Assembly (NCBI GenBank): GCA_947246685.1 | Contig: CAMXSN010000006.1 | Location: 3,898 to 67,897 of the forward strand | Source: an uncultured Clostridia bacterium | GTDB taxonomy: Bacteria; Bacillota; Clostridia; Christensenellales; UBA3700 | Length of the DNA stretch: 64,000 bases | Direction of reading: 5' to 3' | In this document: in pieces, positions 18,920 to 27,900 of the stretch | How the letters are laid out: every line of letters starts with the position of its first letter | Numbering within the stretch: position 1 is the first letter of the stretch | The notes under the pieces: model-generated | What the model was told of the DNA's origin: nothing | Seen by the model: the letters and a program-made list of their open reading frames with translations, nothing else | Databases searched by the model: none | Translations under genes and position numbers: made by a program

Positions 18920-20347
18920 TCAAACTTCGTCGGCAGGCAACTCTTCCGAATTAGCGGACTGCTCTTTTGCAATAGCTCTGCGTTTATCGAGTTCTTCTTT
19001 GATAAACGCGAACCTCTCTCTGCTCAAATTCGCACGTCTCGAAAAAATTATCGAAACAAGGAATATCAATCCCGGCAGAACGCCAAGCACGATTCTTACG
19101 GCAAGCAAAGCGCCGTCAGGCTGGCGTATCACGCTGCCGTCCATGCTCTCCACGTATCCGAATGCACCGAGCACAGCCGATACGAGAGCTATGGAAATTC
19201 CGTTGGCGACCTTGTACATAAACTGCGTTATACCGTAATACGCGCCCTCTCTTCTCGAGCCGTTGACGTATTCGTCCACTTCGACTACGTCTGGCACGCT
19301 GGCGTACGGCAAAATCTGTATTGCGGACATTCCAAAGCCTGCGAAAACGCATAGAAGCACCGTACTCCAAACGATTTTTGCGGGCACGAATATCGCAAAC
19401 ACTAGCACAAAAGCCATATATGCGCACGCAAAAGTATAAACTTTGTGCTTGTTGAATTTTTCGCTCAATTTTACCCAAACGAACGACGACGCGATCGCGC
19501 ATACTAGAGGTATGGCGACAAACGCCATAGCCATAGCCCCGCCGCCAAATCCCAAAGAATCGTTGATGAAAAACATAAATACCGCCATTATTATATCGAA
19601 TCCTATCATACTAAGCAAATAACACAGCATTACGTTTCTAAATTCCGGCAATTTGAAAAACTCTTTGAGCGTAAGAAAAAATCCCTTGTCGTTGAGCTCG
19701 TTGTCGTCAACTCTTTCTTTGACGTTTGCGGCGCAAAGCAACATTATGACAATAGATATAAACGCAAACACACCGGCCGATAGCAGATATGCCTTCCTTG
19801 AACTGCCCAGCAACTGATAAAACAGGCTCTCCTGTCCGTCTGCAAACAACGCAAAAAGCGCCGCGCCCATAATTATACCGACGTTGGCAAGCGCGATTCT
19901 TATTCCGTTGAGAGAAGTGCGCTCGTCGTAATTGCCAGTCATATTGGCAGTTATCGCGTTATAGGGTATGTATACGACCGTCCATGCCGTATTGAAGAGC
20001 ATATAAGCCAGCGTATAATAAATCATCTTGCCGATTTGCGCTCCGTCGCCGAAAGGCGCAAGCCACAGCAGGATAAACGCCAATCCGTACGGCGCCGCGC
20101 CAAACAGCATATAGACTCTGCGCTTACCCCACTTGCTCTTAGTCTTGTCGGATATTCTGCCCATAAAATAATCCGTGAGCGCGTCCCAAAACTTGGCAAT
20201 CAAAAATACAGCCGAAGCCAACTCGGCTTTAAGCCCTCCCACGTTGACAAAAAAATAAAGCAGATAAAAAGAGATCGCCGCAAACATAATGTTGGCGGAC
20301 AAATCTCCTAATCCGTAAAAAAACTTTTCTTTGAATTTCAATTTCAT
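18920..20347 (-). CDS. GPH-family sugar:cation symporter (MelB/YicJ-like)
   Basis: Start MKLKFKEKFFYGLGD at 20347. GRISDKTKSKWGKRRVYML is the GPH signature loop. About 12 TM spans. It begins 35 nt after the AAA+ stop with no intervening terminator. Confidence 0.8.
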   Translation of the reverse strand: MKLKFKEKFFYGLGDLSANIMFAAISFYLLYFFVNVGGLKAELASAVFLIAKFWDALTDYFMGRISDKTKSKWGKRRVYMLFGAAPYGLAFILLWLAPFGDGAQIGKMIYYTLAYMLFNTAWTVVYIPYNAITANMTGNYDERTSLNGIRIALANVGIIMGAALFALFADGQESLFYQLLGSSRKAYLLSAGVFAFISIVIMLLCAANVKERVDDNELNDKGFFLTLKEFFKLPEFRNVMLCYLLSMIGFDIIMAVFMFFINDSLGFGGGAMAMAFVAIPLVCAIASSFVWVKLSEKFNKHKVYTFACAYMAFVLVFAIFVPAKIVWSTVLLCVFAGFGMSAIQILPYASVPDVVEVDEYVNGSRREGAYYGITQFMYKVANGISIALVSAVLGAFGYVESMDGSVIRQPDGALLAVRIVLGVLPGLIFLVSIIFSRRANLSRERFAFIKEELDKRRAIAKEQSANSEELPADEV

Positions 20348-20382
20348 AATTTCACTTCCGTGCATGCCAAGCGCTGACGCTA

Positions 20383-21537
20383 TCAATGCGTGTTGCGAAA
20401 ATTCTCGTAATCATCGAGCAACTCCGCGCTGATACTCGGCGGAATCTTGTTGAACGCTTTTTCAAACATATCCGCTCTGAGAGGGATAGGACTAGAGCTT
20501 CCGCTTTGCTGAATTTCTTCGAGAGCGCATCTGCAGGCTTCCTCCACTATTCCGCATATATCTGCGGCAGAATAATACGCCGTCGTGCGGATATTGCCCT
20601 TCTTATCTTGTTCCGCCGTGAACGTCTCGGTCATATCTACGATCTCTTCCACCGTGATATCTTCTAATTCTATACCGCTGAGTTTGCTCTCTATGATAGC
20701 TTTTTTCGCGCCGAAATCGGGAGGCGTGACGTGTATCAAATGAGAAAATCTCTTATATCTGAGATAAGCGGGATCTATCACGTCGGGACGGTTGGTCGCC
20801 GCGACCATTATTCTCTTGGAACCGTCCACGCCGAATCCGTTGATTCTCTGCAGAAGTTCGGTCGTAACGGCAGCCTTGTAATCTTTGGTATCCTGTGTAC
20901 GTTTGCTGAAAATAGATTCGCATTCGTCAACAAACAGTATCGCGCCGTCGGGACATGCGTCGATTTCTTCGAATATCTGTTTGACTGCCTGCTCGGATTC
21001 GCCGACATAGGACTTGAAGATATCGGCGGGCGTAACGATGAACAACGGTAATTTCATTGCGTTGGCGATAGCCTCGGCAAACATTGTCTTACCCGTACCG
21101 GGCGCGCCGTACATAAGCATACCCAGACCGCCTTCTATCTTGTAATATTCGAGTATCGACGGATTCTGCGCCATAAATATAAAACTTCTGACCAATGCTT
21201 TGACGTTGTCCAAACCCTTGACGTCGTCGAGAGTTGTATCGGGCACTTTGCTCTTGATGACCGAGCCGTAACCTGCCGCCGCGTCGCTGAGCTGCTTGTA
21301 AAACAACTTGTATTTCTCGCTCAGCAATCTGTCTGTGCTTCTCACGGAAAGCGTGCGCGCAATTTGCGCCGCCTGAGAATATTTGGCGCGCAATACGTTG
21401 CGTTCCTCGTCGGACAGATCTTTTTTATCCTTCCTGCCGTTTAGGACGGAACGTATCTCGTCTGTGACTTTGCGGAGCGAGTTTTCCAACTCTTCCACGC
21501 CGCTGTCTTCGGTATTTCTTTTTTTATCCGCTGCCAT
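20383..21537 (-). CDS. classical-clade AAA+ ATPase with helical N-domain (Vps4/katanin-like single cassette)
   Basis: Walker A GAPGTGKT, pore loop KSYVGES, Walker B ILFVDECE and sensor-1 VAATNRPD. SRH IDPAYLRYKRFSHLIHVTPPD has no Pro-Gly and so resembles the Vps4 RRRFE type. The ~120-aa charged helical N-terminus precedes the LDDVKGLDNVK linker. RBS GAGGAG. Confidence 0.85.
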   Translation of the reverse strand: MAADKKRNTEDSGVEELENSLRKVTDEIRSVLNGRKDKKDLSDEERNVLRAKYSQAAQIARTLSVRSTDRLLSEKYKLFYKQLSDAAAGYGSVIKSKVPDTTLDDVKGLDNVKALVRSFIFMAQNPSILEYYKIEGGLGMLMYGAPGTGKTMFAEAIANAMKLPLFIVTPADIFKSYVGESEQAVKQIFEEIDACPDGAILFVDECESIFSKRTQDTKDYKAAVTTELLQRINGFGVDGSKRIMVAATNRPDVIDPAYLRYKRFSHLIHVTPPDFGAKKAIIESKLSGIELEDITVEEIVDMTETFTAEQDKKGNIRTTAYYSAADICGIVEEACRCALEEIQQSGSSSPIPLRADMFEKAFNKIPPSISAELLDDYENFRNTH

Positions 21538-21547
21538 TGTCGTCTCC

Positions 21548-22267
21548 TCAGATTATGTCGTCTATATTGATATCCCCGTCGGAACCCTTGTCCGCGCCCG
21601 TATCGGGAGCCGCGGAAGGAGCGGCGGACGAATCTTCTGCAGTTTCCCCGTTCGCCTCTGCGCGGTATTTCGCAAGCTGCTTGGAAGCCTCGTTCTGATA
21701 GCCTGCCATGACGTCGTTGCTTTTCCCGTCCGATTTTGCCATTGACTTTTTGAGCTTTTTATCGAATCCGCTCATTGCCACCAACATAGCGTTGGCAATA
21801 TTGCCGTATCCGTTGACCATATCCATAATGGCTTTCATACGGTTACTGTTCATCTTGACGAATTTTTTGATCTTGCGTCTCTGTTTCATCCTGCCTCTTG
21901 CAGAATACTGCTTGTAATTGTCAAGGCTCATCATCTCGTCGATGAATTTGAACGTATCGTCCATTATGTTGATTGTCTGCGACAGCACCTGCATTGCCTC
22001 TTTCATGGAAAACATCATTCCCACGACGTTCTGCAAGCTGAAAGTAACTGTGTAAAACATCGTCAGCACTCTGGTGTTGAAATGATCGGCGCCGTATTGA
22101 CGCTCGCTCTCAACGACTTTGCGCGCCAGATTTTCCACGGATTTCTCCAATTCGGATTTCTTACCCTCTAAAATCTTACCGTCGAGTTTTCTGAGATTTT
22201 CTTTTTGCATTTCGCTGTATGGATTGGAGAGCCTTTCTCCTCTCTCTCTGTTTCTTTCTCTTGCCAT
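21548..22267 (-). CDS. 239-aa helical protein with basic N-terminus and acidic disordered C-tail ending DGDINIDDII (ESCRT-III/PspA-like architecture, unproven)
   Basis: RBS GGGAGAA. N-terminus MARERNRERGER, long predicted helices, then Ala/Pro/Asp-rich tail SSAAPSAAPDTGADKGSDGDINIDDII. No sequence motif I can assign to a family. Confidence 0.7.
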   Translation of the reverse strand: MARERNRERGERLSNPYSEMQKENLRKLDGKILEGKKSELEKSVENLARKVVESERQYGADHFNTRVLTMFYTVTFSLQNVVGMMFSMKEAMQVLSQTINIMDDTFKFIDEMMSLDNYKQYSARGRMKQRRKIKKFVKMNSNRMKAIMDMVNGYGNIANAMLVAMSGFDKKLKKSMAKSDGKSNDVMAGYQNEASKQLAKYRAEANGETAEDSSAAPSAAPDTGADKGSDGDINIDDII

Positions 22268-22282
22268 AATTTTTTCTCCCGA

Positions 22283-23797
22283 TTAAAACTGATTGTTGAT
22301 GATGTCATTTATCTGTATGTCGCCGTCCGCCTCTTCTAAATCTTCAGACTGCTCTTGCTTATCCGCCGCGTCTTCTTTGGGGGCGGAAGTCTTTCTTGCA
22401 AATTTACGGCGTCTTTCTTCCATTCTCTTTCTCATCTCTTCTTTTTCTTTTGCTCTGTCCTCGCTCTGCTTGTTTGCAGTTACGTATGTTTGCTCTTTCT
22501 CCATAAGTTTGTTGATAGTTGCAAACCGCTCGTCGGTCATAGCCATGTGTTTTGTCTGCAGAGCAACGTTTTCCATAATATTGTCATAATAACTTATAGC
22601 GAGCGTAATATCCGACTCGGACGCGCCGTAACTCAATATATCAAGAAACTGCCTGAAATCTATATATGCGAACATAGAATAAAACAAGTTGGGTTCTATC
22701 TGCTGATACATAGTGTAGATATGTTGCAATCTCTTGAATTTGGAGAGCAGTCTGCGCATAGCGAGCATATTATTGTTCATCATATTGATACTAGCCCTAT
22801 ATTGCTCTCTTTCCATCTCTCTGATTTCCATATCCTGTTCGAGCATGGTGATTTGAGTATCCGCTTCTTCTTCCATTATTTCGCCTTCGTCGAGAGCCGC
22901 TATTACGTCGGATATATTCTTCTGAATTTCCGCGATATCGGCGTTGATCTGTTTGACTTTCTCGTATGCGTCGTTCTGTACGCTGAACTGCTCTTCAAAT
23001 GATGCCAATCTTGCAAAGAACGCGTCGCCTTTTTCTTTGACGCTCGCAATCTTTGAGAATCCCGAGAATACGTCTTCCTGATATTTGACGATATCTTTAT
23101 CCTTTGCCTGATTTCTCTTATTGACCGCCTTGGTCAGTTCGCACCATTTGTCAGCCTCGTCCAGAGCCTGTCTGAGATGGTCGTTGACGGCGTCGAATAT
23201 CATATTCCTGCCTACGTAATCTCTCCACGCGAACAGACCGTAGGAGCTGTCGCCGAGCAAATTTGCGGCGGCGTCCGCAGCGTCCAACGACGAATTGTCA
23301 AACACGCCGTCAACTTTCTCTCTCAATTCTTTGAGCATATCTTTGGACGCGATAAGAATGCCTTTCTTGTATTCGCTCTTTTCCTCGTAAATCACGTTGT
23401 CTATTCCCATCATAGAATCGTCGATATATTTCAATACTTCTTTCTTGATGTCTGCCATATTCTTTTCTCCTTTTCCCAATTTTATCTTTTTGAAAATCTG
23501 TTCTTTTTTTTCTCTGTATCCGTCAAGTTTCAGCGCCGCGTTGTATTTTGAGAGCAGCGTAGCCATTTCCGTCAGCTCGAAAATAGCGTTTTTGAGATTG
23601 CCGTCGAATCCCTTGTTGATCCCTTCTCGCAAAAGCGACTCGATATCTTCTCTTATTTCGTCGGAAAAATCTTGACAGCGATTGCTGTCGTAACCGTTGT
23701 ATTCTATATCCTTAAACTTTCTTGCGTAACTTATTTTGTTGTCTTCGAGTATACCGACAAGCTTATCCAGCCTTATCAATTCTTCTCCTCCTCGCAT
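22283..23797 (-). CDS. 504-aa coiled-coil protein with acidic C-tail ending DGDIQINDIINNQF
   Basis: All-helical, charge-rich sequence. The likely true start is TTG 23779, preceded by GAGGAGGAG and overlapping the upstream TGA as TTGA. The ATG at 23797 is the track start. Confidence 0.7.
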   Translation of the reverse strand: MRGGEELIRLDKLVGILEDNKISYARKFKDIEYNGYDSNRCQDFSDEIREDIESLLREGINKGFDGNLKNAIFELTEMATLLSKYNAALKLDGYREKKEQIFKKIKLGKGEKNMADIKKEVLKYIDDSMMGIDNVIYEEKSEYKKGILIASKDMLKELREKVDGVFDNSSLDAADAAANLLGDSSYGLFAWRDYVGRNMIFDAVNDHLRQALDEADKWCELTKAVNKRNQAKDKDIVKYQEDVFSGFSKIASVKEKGDAFFARLASFEEQFSVQNDAYEKVKQINADIAEIQKNISDVIAALDEGEIMEEEADTQITMLEQDMEIREMEREQYRASINMMNNNMLAMRRLLSKFKRLQHIYTMYQQIEPNLFYSMFAYIDFRQFLDILSYGASESDITLAISYYDNIMENVALQTKHMAMTDERFATINKLMEKEQTYVTANKQSEDRAKEKEEMRKRMEERRRKFARKTSAPKEDAADKQEQSEDLEEADGDIQINDIINNQF

Positions 23798-24924
23798 ACG
23801 TCGGAGACGAATTTATCCGTCTCTTTTTTGGACGTTCTGCCTTTCTCCGAATATTTATAAAAATCGTCGTCGTAAAAAACGCACGAATTGTATCTGCCCG
23901 CTTTTATAAGCCGCTTAATATCCGCGTTGCCGTTGTCTTCCAAGCATTTGGCTATGCCGGCAATGGTTCTTTTTTTGAGATATTTATGTCCGCCGCGCGC
24001 ATTTACGAAACACATATAAACTCCGCTGTCGGGACAGTCGCTCACGTACTGCGCCACGGCGTTGGAATTCTTAAGCTCGTAAAATTTGCCGTCGATCTCT
24101 TTGTCGTCGTATGCTTTTGCCATTTTAAGACGCAGATCTCTGCCTATGCTTTCAAGCACGGAAAAGCCGTTGTCCTCCTCGGAAAACAGACGCACGCACT
24201 CTTCTTTTGAAAGTTTGAAAATGCCGAAAACAGGAGCGCGCTCCTCGTCCGTACAACTGCGCAATGTGGCAAAAGCCACGCTTGCCGCGTCCTCGTCCTC
24301 CGCCCGTTCGCCGTATAACAGATCAAATTTATCGTAATCTCCTCCGAGATCCGTTATCTTCTCTGCCAAAGCCGCGCGCAGTTCGTCAAGACTCTCATAT
24401 CCGTCGAATTGTCTCTTGACAGCGATCTCGCGCGGAACGTTTTTTAACATATCTATCAAATATCCTGCGCACTGCAGTTTGATATCCGTCAGTTCGTCGA
24501 CGTAACGGTCGTCTCCTTCGGGAGTGTGCACGCCTCTATGAACGTTGAAAAGCACGGCTTTGTAATAAAAATACGCCACGCGCCATCTCTCGGCGCTGCC
24601 CGTATTGAAATCCACGTAGCCCCTGTCATAGTAATACCCCATACGCATAAGCGCTGAAGGATGAAACATAAACGCCGCTTCATAACACAGATTGACCGCT
24701 TTATCGAGATATTTGAATCTCGTCCTCTTGTCTTCGTTGGAAGACGTGAGCCATTTGAAATAATATTCCTCGGAGCGAACGAACAGCTCTCTGTTGAGCG
24801 CATTGATCTCCAGCTCCGTGTCCGTATCGGGGAATACGTCCTTTTTGCAATGCGGACAGCACCACCTGCCGTCATACAGCTCGAGCGGTCTGTCTATATC
24901 TTGATTGCAATTTCCGCATTTCAT
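23776..24924 (-). CDS. 382-aa protein with N-terminal Zn-ribbon, one Sel1/TPR-like repeat and an unknown C-terminal domain
   Basis: RBS AAGGAG. MKCGNCNQ...CCPHCKK is a four-Cys ribbon. AAFMFHPSALMRMGYYYDRGYVDFNTGSAERWRVAYFYYKAV fits the Sel1 repeat pattern. Confidence 0.65.
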   Translation of the reverse strand: MKCGNCNQDIDRPLELYDGRWCCPHCKKDVFPDTDTELEINALNRELFVRSEEYYFKWLTSSNEDKRTRFKYLDKAVNLCYEAAFMFHPSALMRMGYYYDRGYVDFNTGSAERWRVAYFYYKAVLFNVHRGVHTPEGDDRYVDELTDIKLQCAGYLIDMLKNVPREIAVKRQFDGYESLDELRAALAEKITDLGGDYDKFDLLYGERAEDEDAASVAFATLRSCTDEERAPVFGIFKLSKEECVRLFSEEDNGFSVLESIGRDLRLKMAKAYDDKEIDGKFYELKNSNAVAQYVSDCPDSGVYMCFVNARGGHKYLKKRTIAGIAKCLEDNGNADIKRLIKAGRYNSCVFYDDDFYKYSEKGRTSKKETDKFVSDVCEEEKN

Positions 24925-24938
24925 ACTGTTATCTCCTT

Positions 24939-27900
24939 TTAAGACGCCTTTCGCTCGATCTTGAAATCAATAAGCGTGTTTGTGAATTCATAATTAACCG
25001 ACGATACCGATGCCGAGACCGAATAATTGCCTACCGCGGTCGGCGCGCTCGCAAGCAGCCTGCCCTTGGAATCGTAATACGCATATCCGTTTAACTTGAT
25101 ATCCGAAGAATACTCTTTGCCGTCCTTGACTATCGTAGGAATGCCGGACGCGGTGTTCCACTGCAACGCGACGCTCTTTTTATTGATGATAAAATCGCAC
25201 GATTCATATTTAACGTCATAATTATTTATTACGCCGCTCTCTGGCAAGCTCAATGTGAGAGTGTATTTGCCGGCGTTTTTAGCGCTTATCGCACTGCCGC
25301 CGTATATAGGCGTCCCGAAATCTTCTTTCTTATCCTTTGTTGCAAGACCGCTCAACGTAAAGCCGAAATTGCCGCCGGTCTTGCCGTCGTAAGTCTTTGC
25401 CGACGCAACGGCTTTCGCCACAAGAGTACGTTTGGTTATCTCAAAATCCTTGGAGTCGTCGCCGATAAGTTGATAATTATCCGCATAAACGCCGCCCAAA
25501 GCGACCTGCGCCGTATACTTGCCGACGTTGAGTTGGGCGGAAGTATACTTCAGCGAAGAGATCATTGCCGTTTGCTGATTTGCAACCGCGTTTGTTATAG
25601 AGGACACTCTTGCGTTGTGATTCTGACCGTCGTAAACAAACTTGGAGTATTTCTCGTCCCATACAACTCGTACTTGGCGTTTAACTATCGAATAGGACGT
25701 TTCAACGGGCGCGTCAAGTCTGTAATTGCCATCAATAGGAAGATCCGCGCCGACGGTATAGCCGTCTCCGACGTTGACGTTGTTTTCATACCCGTAATAA
25801 TCTATCGGCACGGGCTTATCTCTGTCCAGCGCGCCTATTACCATCAAGTCGGGGTGCTGCGCGACGCCGGCGTAAACCAATTGAACGTTCTCCGCCCATT
25901 TTGCCGTCACGGTAGCCCTTTCGATGACGTAATCGCAGTTGCGATTGACGATCGTATAATTGCCGTTTGCGGTGCTGACTCTAGCGACGTAAGCGCCTGC
26001 GTCAATACCGGCGCCCGTCACGTCGGTTTGAATTTGACCGTCTTTTGCTATACCTGTTACGGTAGCGTTAGGCGCCTTGTAACTTCCGTCGTATACGAAT
26101 TGAGTATTAGACCACACCGCCTCAACTTCTATGGGAAGTATCTCGTAGGCAAAACTTCCCCCCGAGCCTATTTTGTAACAGTCTGCTCCGACCGTAAGTT
26201 CTATATTCGCCGTGTATCTGCCGGCATCGGAATTGATATGATTGGATATAGCGTATTCGATACCGTCGCCTTCAATCAACTGCGACGTATCGTAATCTAC
26301 GTAAACTTCTTTATTCTCGCCGTCGTATACGTCCTGATCAAAATCCGTCCAGACAAAATCCAAAGCCTTTTTATCAACCGACACGTCTATGACGAAAGTC
26401 TCTTGCGAACTGAGAGAGGTTTCTTCGGAAGTCGCTACGACTATGACGGAAAACGCTCCGCTCATGCTCGGAAGAACTCTGTCGTATATCATTTGAGCGC
26501 CGCTCTGCATAAACGCGTCTTTGCAATACCATGAATACGACAAATCATATCCCGACTTAGGCGCCTTTGCCGCCGCCGACAGAATCAACGTATCGCCGTA
26601 AACGTACTTCTCTGCGTTGGGCGTAATTTTGCCGTCATAAGGTTTTTTCAGCGTCCATTCCGGTTCGACTGCCGTCGCGTTGTAATATCCGTTCGCATTG
26701 CGTCTGAGGTAATCGGCGAGACTTGAAAATTCGTTGACGCCGCATTTCCATTTGATATCGAATCCATCTCTCGACAAATCTTTGAGGAGCTCGTCCGCGC
26801 GGCTGAGAGCCGTCAATCTGTAATTGCGTATACTGCCGCCTGCCTCTATCGTCTTGATCGAATCGTCAAAACTGAACTTGGTATCGTTGCCGTCGCCTAT
26901 CTCCACGGCGAAAACTCTCTCGAAATTAACTTGGGCTTTAACGACGTTGTTAACTATGCTTACGCCTTGCAGATTTCCTTGAGACGTGACTATTTCTTTG
27001 AGCATATAGCCGTTGTTTTGATAATTCCAATACAAATCTTCGTCGTCGGACTTATCAGAATATTTTACGTAATCGACTTTGTCGCCGCAGAACGACAAAT
27101 CAAACTTATTGCCTTTTTTGCCTATCCACGTGGGAATATAGCTGTTGTCGGTCAATATCAAATCGTCTGCGTTGTAGGCAAACGTAACGTACGCTTCGTC
27201 GTCGGCAAGCCCCGTAGGATAAACGTTGTTTGCCAATACCACGCTCTGTCTTTCCGAATATAATTCCTGTCTGTAACTGTCGATGAGCTTTTTGTTTACG
27301 CCCAATTTCAACGTGTCGTTCAACTCGCCTAAATAATATTTCTCGTCGTACAGACGCATCCTTTTTTCTCCGACTATTTCGACGCTGGCTATGGATGCGT
27401 CGGCAAACAGAGCGTAACTGACAGCCGTTACGTCCTTGCCGTTGAAAGTTAGAGGTACGCGCACCTTATCGCTTCTGCCCTCGAGCACTCCGTCGGCAAA
27501 ATACGAATCGCTGGCTTGGTCGTATTTGAAAGCCAAACTCCTGTATTCGTCTACGTAACCCTGTCCGAGAAAACCGTAATCCATTATATATACCGAATAC
27601 GCTCCCGATATCGCCACCGTTAACGCGCTCATGGCTATAACGGTCGCTTTGACCCACGGTTTTTTCTTGAGTATCGGATAAAGCGCCGCTATCGTAACGG
27701 CAACAAAACTGACCGCATGCGCAACTGCGAACAAAGCCGTCGCCGCGCCTGTCGAATAGGTCAGCTCCCCGCCGCTCATAACTCCCAACGTAGAACACGC
27801 GAATATAAACGTCAAAGCAAGATAAACTATCCACACCGTGAGCGAATATCTAAAACGGAAATTGGTAAACACTATGCCCACGATAAACAAAGCGTCAAAG

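Noticed and set aside
21548-23797. Calling the two helical proteins ESCRT-III/Snf7 or PspA outright
   Set aside because: I cannot see family-diagnostic sequence identity by eye. Only architecture, the tail motif and adjacency to a Vps4-like AAA+ support the idea, so it is kept as a hypothesis in the findings and not as an annotation.
25470-26534. 354-aa plus-strand ORF
   Set aside because: It is antisense to the MBG-repeat region of the 1052-aa gene. It has no RBS, its sequence is Arg/Val-rich, and the periodic repeat structure makes sense only on the minus strand.
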